Positions 38,707-51,608 are shown, counted from the first letter of the stretch. The stretch is DNA of 64,000 bases from Microbotryum violaceum (GCA_001244265.2 CDLV01000005.1:2480001-2544000), one strand, 5' to 3'. Notes: generated by a model from the letters alone, not told the origin. Translations and numbers: made by a program.

Positions 38707-40910
38707 GATGGCCACTGCTTCCTCCTCCTCTTCCTCCTCGTCGCCGTTGCTGCCCGCTTCCGAGGCGTTGGCGCACCTCAAAACCTACGCGCAGCCCGAT
38801 GGCCTCTCGCTGCGTTCCTTGATGGACTCGCAAGAGCATGGAGGCCTGACCTACAACGATTTCCTCGTCCTGCCCGGCCACATCGACTTCCCTTCCAATG
38901 CGGTCAGCCTCGAGAGTCGTATCACGAGGAAGACGGTGCTCAAGACGCCCTTCTTCTCGTCGCCCATGGACACCGTCACCGAGACCGATATGGCCATCGC
39001 TATGGCTGTGAGTTTCCATCAAAATACACTTGACTTGGCTCCTCGACAAGATCATGGTGACTCACCTTGCTATTTACTTCTACACCGCCCTATTGGCTCT
39101 CCCAATGACGCCACTTTTTCCACGGCACTTTCGTCCCGACTCCTCTCGGCTCTCCGCGTACCGCAACGCCACAGTTGCTCGGCGGAGTGGGTGTCATCCA
39201 CCACAACCTTCCTCCTCAGATGCAGGCCGAGATGGTTCGCGCCGTCAAGAAGTGTGTCAAAAGTCCCCCACCCCCTCGGCGCGTCTGACTGAAAAGCTTT
39301 CATGAATTCAAGAACTGACCTTTCGCGTTCGCGTGCGTCAAGGTTCGAGAACGGCTTCATCACCGACCCCGTCGCGCTCTCGCCCAACAACACCGTCGCT
39401 GACGTCTGGGACATCAAGGACCGATTCGGATTCTGCGGCATCCCCATCACCGGTGAGTGCATATCCCATCGAGACCGTCCTGGGTCCTATCGCCCTTCCT
39501 TCCCGGCGCCACGTCAGGTCGAGCAGCCGCCCTAAAAATGATGTACAACCAACTCATTTCCTTCGTTCTGCCGAAATCGAGTTTGATCGCTCATTTACAA
39601 CCCATGTGGAAACATTGAATACGCCTTGATCGGCTCTACTGATTCTTCACCGTCGATGCTCATCGACAACACACAATACGCCTACCGCGCTCCGTTTCCT
39701 CATTGTTGACGGAGCACGCACTGACACAACAAAGGCAACGCGTCTGCATCCCTCGTTTGCAGAGACTGGAAAGCTCAACAGCAAGCTTGTCGGCATCGTC
39801 ACTGCTCGCGACATCCAGTTCCGACCCAACTCGGCAAAGCTGTCGACGGTCATGACCACTGGTGATGAGCTCGTCGTCGCCAAGTCCGGCGTCACCCTCG
39901 AGCAAGCCAACACCATCTTGCGTGACTCTAAGAAGGGCAAGTTGCCCATCGTCGACACCGAGGGCCGACTCGTCGCTCTGCTCGCGCGATCCGACCTACT
40001 CAAAAACAAGGACTACCCTTTGGCGTCCAAGAAGCCCGAGTCCAAGCAGCTCATTTGCGCCGCCGCCATCGGCACCCGTGGCCCCGACCGCGAGCGCCTG
40101 CGCTTGCTTGTCGAGGCCGGGTTGGACATCGTCGTGCTCGACTCGTCGCAGGGCAACTCGTCGTACCAAATCGAGATGATCCGATGGATCAAGGGCGAAT
40201 TCCCCGACCTCGAGGTCGTGGCCGGCAACGTAGTCACACGTGAACAGGCTGCGGCCCTCATCGACGCCGGTGCCGATGGTTTGCGAGTTGGCATGGGCTC
40301 CGGATCCATCTGCATCACGCAAGAAGTGACGGCCGTCGGTCGACCCCAAGGAACAGCTGTTTTCGCCGTCGCCGAGTTCGCGCGCAAGTTTGGCGTCCCC
40401 GTCATCGCCGATGGAGGTATCAGCAACGTAGGCCACATCGCCAAGGCGCTCGCACTCGGTGCCTCGGCCGTCATGATGGGCGGTCTTTTGGCCGGTACGA
40501 CCGAGTCACCCGGAGAGTTCTTTTATAATGAGGGCAAGCGGTTGAAGAAGTACCGCGGTATGGGCTCGATCGACGCCATGGACGCCGGAACGGTCAAGGA
40601 CAAGCGAGCCCAGGCGACCGCCGACATCGACAACGCCGCGACGTCGCGGTACTTCTCCGAAGGGGACGTCGTCCGCGTCGCGCAAGGAGTCGCCGGTGCC
40701 GTGCAAGACAAGGGCTCGCTGCGCAAGTTCATCCCTTACCTGCACGCCGGATTGCAGCACTCGTTGCAAGACATGGGTACGCGATCGATCGCCGAGATGC
40801 AAGATCGTGCTTATTCGGGCGAGTTGAGGTTCGAGCTGCGCACTGCGAGTGCCCAGGTCGAGGGTGGGGTTCATGGTCTGCACTCGTTCGAGAAGCGCCT
40901 CTTCTCATAG
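38707..40910 (+). CDS. IMD4: Inosine-5'-monophosphate dehydrogenase (3 introns)
   Basis: [30 protein letters not shown], catalytic loop [45 protein letters not shown]. Confidence 0.97.
39534..39646 (+). ncRNA. snR54: Intronic box C/D snoRNA, snR54/SNORD59-like (18S Am974-equivalent guide)
   Basis: Lies in IMPDH intron 3. Box C ATGATGT (39538-39544); guide CCTTCGTTCT (39560-39569) complementary to 18S AGAACGAAGG; D' CCGA (39571-39574); box D CTGA (39639-39642). Yeast snR54 is hosted in the IMD4 intron. Confidence 0.8.
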
Positions 40911-42142
40911 CGTGCTGCCTCGGTCAGGAAATGAGGTGCCGGAGCAGATTCGATTAGTGCTAGGTTCATCTGCTCCTCTGCACGTGTCATCCCTTATTTT
41001 CTTCTTTTCTTAAGTCTGTAATTGCTATTCTCATATTTTTTTACAAGGAATGTACAGACTTTGCCTCACTCCCCTATCTTGTCCGAGCACGGCGAGCAGG
41101 TCCCCTGCATCCAGGTACGCCAAGTTCCACTCCGTCCACGGTGTCACAACACCTTGGCCCTGGCTCCGAACCGAATGAGGGTAGCGGCGACAAATATTCG
41201 ACCTACTCACCTTTGTATCAACTCCACCGGATCCATCGCACATCCAGCCACCTCAAAACCCACCGGAATGGGTGCTGTTGATTATTCAATGTTCCATGAC
41301 GCTTTCGACGACCCCACCCTGCCTAGCGGCTTCGTGCTGTGCGAGAAGAGCGACCTCAATTCGCCGTCGACTTGACTGAAATCCCCATGGCCGAGTTGGT
41401 AAGTCGCGCCCAACTTGAAGAAAGTGATAATGACACTGGTTGTGGAAAGCTGATAGGCTATCGACGACCTGAACAGCCTACGTGTATAGCCAACGAGTAT
41501 GCAACGTTGGAGACACCCTCGCGACCGCGCTCCGCCCCTCAGTCTGCACGACAAACCGGACGCACCGCCTCAATCCAATCATCAGCGTCTCATAATCACC
41601 TGAGACACCGACAACAGAATCCTCGACAAAGCTCCTGCCCACAATACCTGCGCTCGCATCCGCGAGTCAAGTTGTGCGCGTCAGCAACTCGTCGTCAAGC
41701 CCCCGATATCCTGTCAGAGGCGCATGCACTATCTCCGGTCCATGATGATGAACAGTCAACGGGGCACTGACAGGGCGCCCCCAAGCACCTAGAATGAGGC
41801 CACAAGTAAACCCTCCAAGGAAGAGGCCAGCACCCCGCCGCTTCCGACTCTGCCTCACCGCCTAGGCCAGCTTACCTCGTCTTCTTCCTTTCGATACTGC
41901 TGCCAGTTGGGTCTGACCTTCCCGCATCTAAGCCCCTAAATACCCCTAGGGCATTCAACACCCAACGCTCACAAACAAACAGACGCAACTCCACGTGCAA
42001 CATTGAAGTAATCAATTAAACGTGAGCCAACATATGTACAGATTCCATTTGGACGATAACTAAGGAGAAGACGGGTCTAGTAGACAAGAATAGTATCAAC
42101 TTGACCGACGTGGTTTTGAGAGAGGCTTGATACAGGCGAAAG

Positions 42143-44591
42143 TCAGTTCTGATCCACCAAGATGTCGTGATCGGCATCAAATCGTGTCAGATCCTTTATC
42201 GGGCCAGCCGGTGGGTCAGAGATGAAAGCTTTCTCGAAAATCGAACTTGCAAGCGTGATGGCCCGGGGAGTGTGGCTTGCGCTCGTGAAGGGCGTGCGGT
42301 GGTCCAGCCACAACGGGTACTCGATGCTGTTTGCGGGAGAGGGCGCTGCAGAGACGCTCGTGACGGAGGAGGCGATTGTCCCCGGGGATGAAAAAACTTC
42401 CTCCACGTCATCTGGGTTTGCGATCGACGAAGCTGACGAAATTGAGGACGACAACTCGAACGGGGAAGGGTCGTAGGATAGAGGGCTCGAGGCGAGGAAA
42501 GAGGGAGAAAGTGGAGCGCTCCGCAAAGAAAAGTCCCCGTCGAAGAGGTTCCCTCCGACTGAGGACGGGACGGAACCAAATTCAAAGGCCGAAAAAGCGG
42601 CAGGGGCGGAGGAGGGTACCATCTGCGCGTGATACATGTCTAGGAAGGGGGAAGCAGAGATTCCCCATTCCCAGCCGGCGTTCACGTCGGGCGAGCGATT
42701 CATCGTTGAGCTCCAGAGCGGGTTGGTATGGTCGCACATCGTGTCCAATTCGAGTGAGTTATTGAACCTGGTTGGGTAGTCGAGGGAGGCGAGCAGATTT
42801 TCAATACTGGAGTCGAGCGATTCGACCGTTGAAGGCGCCGCAGAAAGCCAGCTCGCTTCGCTGCACTGGCCAGTTGCCCACTGAGAGTCTGGCGTGGGCC
42901 CACTGGAGCCCCACTCGTTCAAGGTTTCTAAAGAGGGCAGGGAAGAAGAAGTGCAGCTCAGGAGGTCGGAGTCGATGGGTGTCGAGGAGGTGCAGTCGGA
43001 TGACTCAAAAGTCGTGGGTTCCTGTTGGGTTGGCTCTACATTTCGTCGGGGTCTCTTTGCCGGACGATACGTGTAGTCTGCAGCACAATATTTCCTCGAT
43101 TAGTCGGGGCCCTTCCAAGTCCCAGATGGGGTTCCCGATGCTGCGACAAATGGCTTACCAGGGTACGCGAGGGCATGCGCCGCCTTGGCTTCGGCCGCGA
43201 GTTGTTCGTACTTAAGCCGGCTCTCCGACGTTTCGTCCCTCCACATGTAAGAGATGAGTCTTGCTGCAGGCCGACAGTTAAGGTCAGCTACCGCCCTCAG
43301 ACATATTTTCTCTCATCCTGTGCAACGGCAACTCACAAACTTCACATTGTGATGTCTTGACAAATCGGGGATCGGCTCGCAGCCTCTGGATCTGAGCAGA
43401 ACGGTATAGGATCCAAGGGTTCGGTGGGCGAGGGGGCTGATTGCGCCCATTCTTGCCACCCCGTTTCTTCAAAGGTTGCATTAGAAGTGCAATCTCAGTC
43501 GATTCGGGTGCAGCACGGGCATTCGATGATTCAGACACCCAATCATGGTTGATTGTGTTCGTCTCCACTTCGGTGTGGGGAGGGGCCGGCGAAGCGCGCG
43601 GTGACACGTGTGCTTCCTCGAGTTGATATGGTTTTGAGCTCTCCAACAACAGATTGATTTTGTCTAATCCGTTCCGCTCGAGCTTGGCGAAGAGCGAAGA
43701 TGGAGTGTTTTTACCGCTAGACAGAGCGTTTCTTTTGGACCTCGATCTTCTCTTCGCGGGGCTGGAACGTCGCAGTCGCTCCAGCGATGAGGAGTCGACA
43801 ATGGGTGGCGGGAGTAATCCAAGCATGTCTTTTTTGCTGGGAGTGATCGATACGGGGTTAATGAGGGCGTCAAGGCTGATCGTGGCAAGGGGAGGTGATG
43901 CCATTGGCGAATTGGCGAACGGTGAAAGCGATGGCGAAAAGCGCGGCGGTGTACTGGACAGCATCGGTTCGAGCCACCAAAAATCGCCGACAATGGGATG
44001 TGAAGGAGAAGAGGTCAAACCTGATGTTCGAGATGGATACGATTCTCGGTCCACTTGGGCAGTTTCAGGCGCACTGCCACTGGATGAAGACAGCGAGCTT
44101 GAGTCCCGATTTGGAGTCTGCGACGCCGAGACCCGACGACTAGCATCCGCAGGGAGTCGGAACACCTCCTCTTGCTGACAACTGGTCAGATGCGGTGCGT
44201 CGACTTGCTTCAATGGCGAATCGTCTTCTTGCCTGGTGTCTTTCGAGTCAAGTTTGTTGTGTTGCGGTCGGCGAGTGGTGACGGAGGGCGGGCGCTCGCT
44301 GAAATCGTGGCCGGTCGGTCGGCTCTGGGTCGTCGCGGTCCCGCTGCCAGCCCCTCGCCGTCTGAAAAGGGCAACGATGGGTAAGCATTCTCAGAAGCGG
44401 GTCGTGCACATCAAAAGACAGTCGTGCTGGTAGACTCAAACGCTACTAACAAAGAGTGCGGCCCTTGTGAAGTGGTGCTTCCGACTGACCTTCTCGTGTA
44501 TGGTCCATCGGCGAGTTGCTCAGCGCGAGCGGCTCGAGCGCGGATGGAAGCTGGAGCACGCACCGAGGATAGGGGATCGATTCGAGGCATA
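42143..44591 (-). CDS. MATA/SOX-type HMG-box transcription factor; 5' exon structure uncertain
   Basis: PPRPPNPWILYRS..KTSQCEV|SRLISYMWRDETSESRLKYEQLAAEAKAAHALAYP|DYTYRPAKRPRR, assembled over two introns, with a Ser-rich C-terminus (42143-42922). Confidence 0.85.
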
Positions 44592-44850
44592 TCGGATTTG
44601 AGATTGAGCAGAGGGGTATCCACTGTCGGCTACACGCGGATGAGTGGAAGGAGGGAACACAGTTGTCGTTGTCGGTGATGGACTCAAGCTCACCAGGCTG
44701 CGCGGTGCCGACTCCAAAGATTGGTTTTACGGATGCGGACTGAACGTGCAGGCGGCTACGGGAACATCATTGTCCCCTTTGTTGGTTCAAGATGGCCGGG
44801 CTGTCTTCGCTATCGGGCTGCTAGAAGCGCGCGCGCCACCCAAGCAGCCG

Positions 44851-44879
44851 AGAATGAGAATGAGAATGAGAATGAGAAT
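44851..44879 (+). repeat. (AGAATG)n hexamer microsatellite
   Basis: agaatgagaatgagaatgagaatgagaat. Confidence 0.9.
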
Positions 44880-45532
44880 TTGAACTCCAGCTAGTCTACA
44901 AAGAGACGACCCTTATCAGGCGCTGGACCACATTAACTGGGCTATCGCCTCTACTGAGTCTTCTCAGATATCTATTGCCGCGGCGATCCACGGCGCTCGT
45001 GTGGGCTAGCTCAGGCACACCCCGCAAGTGATACACAGCTATTTGCTCCCCGGCTCACGAGTCACCAAGTAAGTGGCTGTATTTGGCAGTATTTGGCAAT
45101 GTGTGTCAAGCACGCGATGCCGCGTTGCCGCGTTGCCGATCCAGACGATGATGCCAAGGTGCCGGCCTTCGGGTTCCGGTCTCGGGGGCGCTACGGCGCC
45201 GACCTTCCTGCGAGAAGTGGGACCGGTTAGCTTTTTATTCTACTTTTTATTTTATGTGAAAACCTTTGGAGAGGTCGGCGACCAAGCCTCATAGCAAAAA
45301 AGGGGGATATTTTGAGGATGGACTTGGGACGAGGTTGGGACGGCCGTGGGATGGTCGAGAGATGGTTCCATCCTGGGATGACCGTGCACGATCGCGGGGC
45401 ACTAATACCAGAGCTGGGCGCCTTATTAACTCTGCGACCATCCCGGGACGGTCCGGACCGTCCGGCGACCACGCGGGACCCGCGCCGATCCTGGGATGGT
45501 CCAAGAACTGACGGCGGTCTGGGCGGTCTGGG

Positions 45533-46071
45533 CACGGGAGGTCCTAGAGTGCCCACTTGGGTTTGGTCCCAGTGGGCAGCGAGCGAAGTAAAGGACAACG
45601 CGTTATTGCAAGACCGGGCATTCTCGCGGAATGTTTTAGCGTCTGTGTAGGTGCATCGCACAATTCAGCATGTGGGTCTACTGCAGACGAATGTTGTTGG
45701 ACGGAGCAACTGACCGCTATCCGAGCCTTCAAGAAGCTGCCGATACTCGAGATTGGGCTGGGGAAGGGGAGGTAGCCGCACCTTGCCCTGCGAGCAGCAC
45801 GCGCTGAAGTGTCTGGTCGACTTGGACCTTTCGCACTCCCAGTGCCGAGCCTTGCAGTGGGTGCACACGGCCGTCTGCGGGCCGGGGTCGTCGCGGATCG
45901 AAACGTGGGCTTGAGGGGTTTGAGCGCGATTCGAGCCCGGCGCACTCGCCTTTGCGGTGCTGGGACGGCGCGGGGATAGACCTGGGTCCCGGGATGGTTC
46001 CGAGATGGTGAAGTTGTGGGATCGATTAGTAAACGATTCAATTGTCACTTGTGCATACTCGTGATACTTGA
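45533..46071 (-). mobile_element. Helitron fragment (N-terminal Zn-finger part of RepHel)
   Basis: CTHCKARHWECERS..FSACCSQGKVRLPPLP, then FRENARSCNNALSFTSLAAHWDQTQVGTLGPPV; possible 5' A|TC at 46072/46071-46070. Confidence 0.85.
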
Positions 46072-48492
46072 TTCATTAACACACCGCGGGACGGCGACGG
46101 GTCCCTGAACCTCCAGTGCCCTTATAAAGTTACACTCACACAACTATGGCCTGAGGATAGGCAATACCTCCTACTTAGTCGCAAATAACCACGGCAAGAC
46201 AAGGCTAGAGACTCCCACGACGAATCAATCCCACGTTTCATTCGATTTCGACTTCATTTCAGTTTGAATTTTCTTCTCTGTTTATCCTCATTCAGACACA
46301 GCTGTTTTCGTTTCCGTTTTCTGAACAAGTTCCATGAACCCTTTCTTCCCTCACCATTCGCTTGAGACCAATCAAGCATGAGCCTTCTCAGTTGCGGTTG
46401 AGTTCGGGTCTTATAACATTGTGAGGCCGCACCCGGTTTGGTCCTTGCTGTGTCTGACAACGTCCTCAGGCAACTTTCATCGAGTCCATTTGCTCTGACC
46501 AACCAATATTCCTACTGTTTGTGCAGCTCGATGTGCGCTGTCAGTGTGCGGTGCTCGCATCTTATCGTCGTTGTTACGTCGTAGTACCATGATAGCATTG
46601 GCTGCTCTCGATCTTGAAGACGTCGTCGGCCACTGCTCGAGTCGCATTCTCATCTGATTCAGGGGCTCTTTGCACGCACCGGAGTATAGTGTTGCATGAC
46701 ATGGTCTCAACAACCTGATTTAACTGTAAGTCATATGCTGAACTGTCGTTTGATGCTTGCTGTACTCGTCCTCTACATCGTCGGGTTGCTCTCGGTGCGC
46801 CACCCCCACCTCGCAATGACATACCGCGCGTCTCTTTAGGCACACGGTCAGCTCGTGTCTGCGACTCGACCTCGACGGGACGCCAGCATCAACATCCGCA
46901 AAGTTGGTCTTTAATTGTGCCGGTGATCGTGTCCACTTCAGTCCTCCAGTCAATGACCACTCGTTGCTCTTGGATGTCGCAGCTGCTTCAGTCAGGCTGG
47001 AGAACCGAGCGAGTCGACTCGGAGGTAGGTCGCACCTGCAGGTGTGTCGCATGGCTTCTCCCATCATCCTCGATCCGCTCACTGATGGCTATCAATCCGC
47101 TGAAGGATTGCGCTCAGCCTGACCGGTAAGTCGGCACCACCTCTCCATATGCTACTACTATAGGCTTGACCGACGACTGACACCGTGGTCCCCGTTGACT
47201 CGCGGGTTGCTCGCTTTGGTCCGTACTGGAACAGAATCCTCTCTCATGTCCAAAAAGCGAGTTCGACAATACTCGAACGACTGGCGATACAATCGAAATG
47301 CATCATGCATATGATGGATGTGTGGAAGGTACATTGTCCTCGTGCCCGACACCTCCGCGCCCAGGCAGCAACTCTCAAATTGGCAATACGAAAAACATTC
47401 GCAGTTATAAGCGATGAGTATCGATTAGTGACACGCGCCAAGGAGACAATGAGACACAATAATAAAGAAAGTTAGACTGTTACTGAAATCGATAAGAAAA
47501 AGTGGAAGGAGTCGAGGGCGCTGCGAGCTCTGCCCGCATTTCCTAGAGCGTATGCCAAAATATGTTCAGCGCCCGCGATGCCTGAGAAAGTTGGGGACTT
47601 AAGCTTGCTTGGCCCTGACTTATATTCTTCTTTAGATGCAATAGATGTAGATCTGTTGCGACTCTACAAATGAGGTCGACGAATCTTTGGGTCATACCTC
47701 AAAACATTTTTCGGGTTTTGTAAGAGGCAAATCTGGGGACAGAAAGCCGTACTAGGTTTTTTCTTGGGACGAGAGAGGCTTGGTGCAGCTTGGTGCACGT
47801 GTCCCGTTCAGCGGTCCCGTTCAGCGTACTCAATCGGCGGCATAGATATTCTCTGAGCAAAAGCAAATACAAAAGTGAAAGTTTTACTATGAAGGGGCCA
47901 CGAGATGCGTTTGGGCTATGCAGTGGACGAAGTTAGTACTATTGCACTGATAAGCGATTCTCGATCTACTAAGAAGTCAGATTCAGCTTAGTGGTTTAAC
48001 GGCTGAGAGGTTGACAAAAGAAAAAATGACCGAATAAGCGCCTGGGACATGAGACATGAAATCCTTCGGCCGGAATTATACATATCTCCAGGCGTACCCA
48101 CAAGCGTTGGTCACCGCGGTCCGAGGTCGGCAGAAACTTTGTCGCTGACAATGATAGTGAGCTTGCGCTCTGTAACCGTATACTACAGCACTCCGTGACT
48201 ACGTACCTGCCTAGTAAAGGGTGCGCGGATGCGAGGAGACCGAGATGGATTAGCTAGCACTCCAAAACATGTCTTTTCGGAAAGATCGTCTTCGGGTTTC
48301 GCTCTGGGAAACCACAGTTTTTTTTTATTTTTATTTGATAGACTTCATTAACAGCATAATTATATTAATACCTAGAAATCTTCAGAAAAGTCGGAGGGAA
48401 TGCTGTTACGCACACTTGCAGAAGCCAGTAGTGTAGGACTCATTGACCCTGAACCAGGATCAACCATACCCACTAAAGCCCCCTTTGGTGTC

Positions 48493-51400
48493 TTACAGAG
48501 ACACTAGGCGACCCTTGGACTCCTGGATAGAGGCTCGAAGCCCCTCGAACTCCGTTTCGGTGATCGGTTCCAAAAGATCCGACGAGAATCGACGACGGCG
48601 ACAGAGCTTCCAGATCGAGTGAAAGAAGAGGACTCGTATTTCGACAAGTCGACGTTCCGAGAGAGACACGACCGGGCATACAAAGTCCACAAAGACTGGG
48701 TGGGGGGTCGGGGACAGAGCAGACCAGAGGTGCCGGGCAAATGGGCAGCCGACCGCGAGGTGAACCAGGCACTCGGGTGCTTCCGAGAGGCACATCACAC
48801 AGGAGGTAGATCGATTGTTGGGATGTGGGCTGGTTGGGGAGGCGACTTGGCTTCCCGGATGGAGGGACCCCAGGGAGAGAAGGTGGCCGGTATCCTCGGC
48901 GTCCGAGTGAACCCGGCGAACCTTGCGCAAAGCCTTCCACCAAGCGTTCCAGCGTTGCTCAGGCAGATCGAATACCTTCTGGTGTCCCTTGGGGAAGGTA
49001 AGGGGGAAGATGAAGACTTGGTGGCGTTTGGACGCGTTCACAAACGAAGACGGGGTCATCACCTCGCCATCGGGCCCTCGAAAAAAGCATCGGGTTTACC
49101 GAGAGTTGTATTCCGTGGCCCGCTGGGAAATAGAGTACGTGCGTCGCCCATTGCTCGAGGTTCTGGCTCTTGGAGAGTTCCGGGGGATTGAGCGTGGTCA
49201 CCAACGCCCAGGCTTCGAAGTATCGGACCCAACGAGCAGGAAGAAGTTTTGTCGTTTTTCTCACCGCATGGTCCCACTTTGGGGGAGGATGGCAAAAGTA
49301 AGCCCACCAGATCCAAATCCAAGGGCAACGATGCTGGTTGGGGGCCGGTCTGGACAAGGTGAAAGGGGTTGGTTCGTTTGGTGCCTGGAGGCGGATGCGG
49401 ATGTCGAAGAGGTGGCGTGTGAAGCAGCCGTCCGGGGCCCGGAGCTGGAAGACCCACTTCGCGTGATCGATTGCTAGACGCCGAGGCAGATCAATCAAAC
49501 CGAAGCCGCCGTGATCAAGAGAGGTGCAGAGGCGCGACCGGGAGACCTTCGGACGTCGCTGAGTACATCCGAAGCTCGACCGTGAATGGCGAGCATGGCG
49601 GCCTCCTCGATCTCCTTGACAACGCTCTTGGGGGCGGGAAGGAATCGGCTGTAGTACAAGATCTTTGTGTAGCAGTAGATGTTGATGATCGAACACTTGG
49701 CTGCATATGGGAGATCGTACATCGGAATCGAGCGTATCCGAGCGATGGTCAAGGCCTTGACATCTTCCCAGCCCGCATCCTCGGCGATCTCCACCCCGAC
49801 CTGAATACCAAGGTAGCGAAACTGCGGATCGCTGAGACGCCAGGTCCCGAGATCTGGGGCGATCGACCGATCCCGAAAAGCTCCAAGGGGGTAGAGGAAA
49901 GATTTGACGTTGCTGAGCTTGCTGGCACTTACCCGTTCGTAAAGCTCGATCGCCCGATTGAGGTGGTCGAGGTCCGAGAAGTTGTGGAGTGCGCAGCAAG
50001 CGTCGTCGGCAAAAAGGAGTTCGCGAACGTTTTGGAGGCCCGCAATATCGATGCCCTTGACTCTCAATCGAATCTGACAGGCAAAACCTTCGATCGCCAG
50101 GACGAAGAGAGACGGAGCCAAAGAATCACCTTGCCGAACGCCCGACAGGATGTCGAAAGTGGCAGAGAGCCAACCGTTGAGGAAGATCGAGGCAGATTGG
50201 TTGGTGTAGGTCGCTCGGTACCATTGGCGGGCTTTGGGGCCGAGGCCAACGGCGCAGAGGAACGCCTCTTGAGCCTTTGTCATCTCCTCCAACGGGTACG
50301 CTTCCTCGAGCTTGAGTGAGTCCGCGGGGGAGAGGCGAGTTGAAGCGAGGCCGTCGATGATCGCCTTCAGGGCCGCGTCATCGATGGGGCGGTCCTCATA
50401 GACCCGCTCGAAGTAGTCGCTGGCCGCTCCAAGCATCGAATCAGGGTCGGAATGAACAACATCGTTGACCGTGAGCGAAGGGATCAGGTCGGATGCTCGC
50501 ACTTTGCGCAGGCGGATGAAGATGGAAAAGGGACCCGCCAGAGATGGGTCGAGGCGGGACCGCAGGGCCGCGCCGTAGCGCGAGTGGTCAGCCCTCTCTT
50601 GCTCCGACCCGCCACGACGGAACCGAGCGAAAGTCCGGGCCAGAGCCTGCAGCTCGGGCAGCAGGCGGTGTTTGGTGGACGTCCAAGCTGCTGGTGGATC
50701 GTTGGGCGTCTGGAGGAGGGCTTTGTTGTAAAGGGTGCGGACAATGGAGGTGAGGTACTCGCAGGTCGCGTCGCCCTCGATCACGTGCAAACCCAGCTTG
50801 AATTTGCCCGGACCGATGTCAATTGCGCCCGGCACTTGGAACCGTGCCACAACCATTGAGTGCGTCGATTTGAGGACAGGAGCCCAAATTTTGTGATCAT
50901 GGAAGAGGTCGACCCAATCAGGCGAGACATAGATGCGGTCAAGGCGACGGCACGTGCCGGGCGCTGAGCGATTCGTCGTGGCTCGTCCTTTGGGATGATG
51001 GAGCCGATAGGCGTCGAAAAGATTGTTGGCCGTGGCAAGGTCGCGCATCTCCTGACCCCCATAATTCGTTCCGTTTTGGTTCTCCGAATCGAGGGGCTGG
51101 GACTCAACACAATTCCAGTCCCCCCGACTAGGAGCGCAGGCGGCGAGGGTTCGTCACGTACAACTTGTCGGAGGGCGGTGCTGAGGTGTGAGAGGAAGCG
51201 TTTTTTGTCTGGCTTGTCGGAGGAAGGCGCGTATATTGATACAACCCGGACTTTTGAATCACCCACACAAAAGGTGGCGTCGGTGACTCGGTCCGGGAAA
51301 GAGAAAGAGGCACGAAGAGTGTTTGGAGGCGACTCGGGATCAAAAGTAATGACCACGGAGTCGCTCTTCCAAAGTATGGCAGTGTTGTTGAAAGGAGTGA

Positions 51401-51608
51401 AAAGAGCGGAGAGCTTTAAGTCTTGGCACTCCTGAGTCCACTGGGCCACCCTTTCGGGGGAAGGTCGGCCAGTTTCGCTCAGGAGAAAGACGTCGGCGTT
51501 ATGGGAGCGGAGATTGGAGAAAAGAGAGGCACGCTTACGGTCTTCATTGATTGACTGCACGTTGGCAGCAACAAAAGACACGTTTGGGATTTTAGTTGTG
51601 CTCATCAT
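48493..51608 (-). pseudogene. LINE ORF2 (EN-RT-zf) with frameshifts and an internal RT deletion
   Basis: AANVQSIN..FLLSET..SIYAP; GGDWN broken at the G-run ~51120; RRLDRIY; an abrupt jump EEMTKAQE->AFLCAVGLG at ~50270; further frame changes near 49540 and 49060. Confidence 0.85.

Noticed and set aside
39008-39174. Possible second snoRNA in IMPDH intron 1 (ATGGTGA...ATGA)
   Set aside because: Boxes degenerate and no rRNA-complementary guide identified.
38707-40910. IMPDH as a mycophenolate self-resistance gene in a biosynthetic cluster
   Set aside because: No PKS, NRPS or tailoring genes nearby; canonical KYRGMGS and intronic snoRNA indicate the housekeeping copy.
41022-41900. Short ORFs between IMPDH and the HMG gene
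   Set aside because: No consistent exon structure or motif could be supported.
46254-47475. Chain of short minus-strand ORFs that might be a decayed gene or transposase
   Set aside because: No recognisable domain motif; needs a translated search.
47581-47604. 24-bp match (21/24) to the LINE remnant at 17058-17081
   Set aside because: Too short to call as a separate element by eye.
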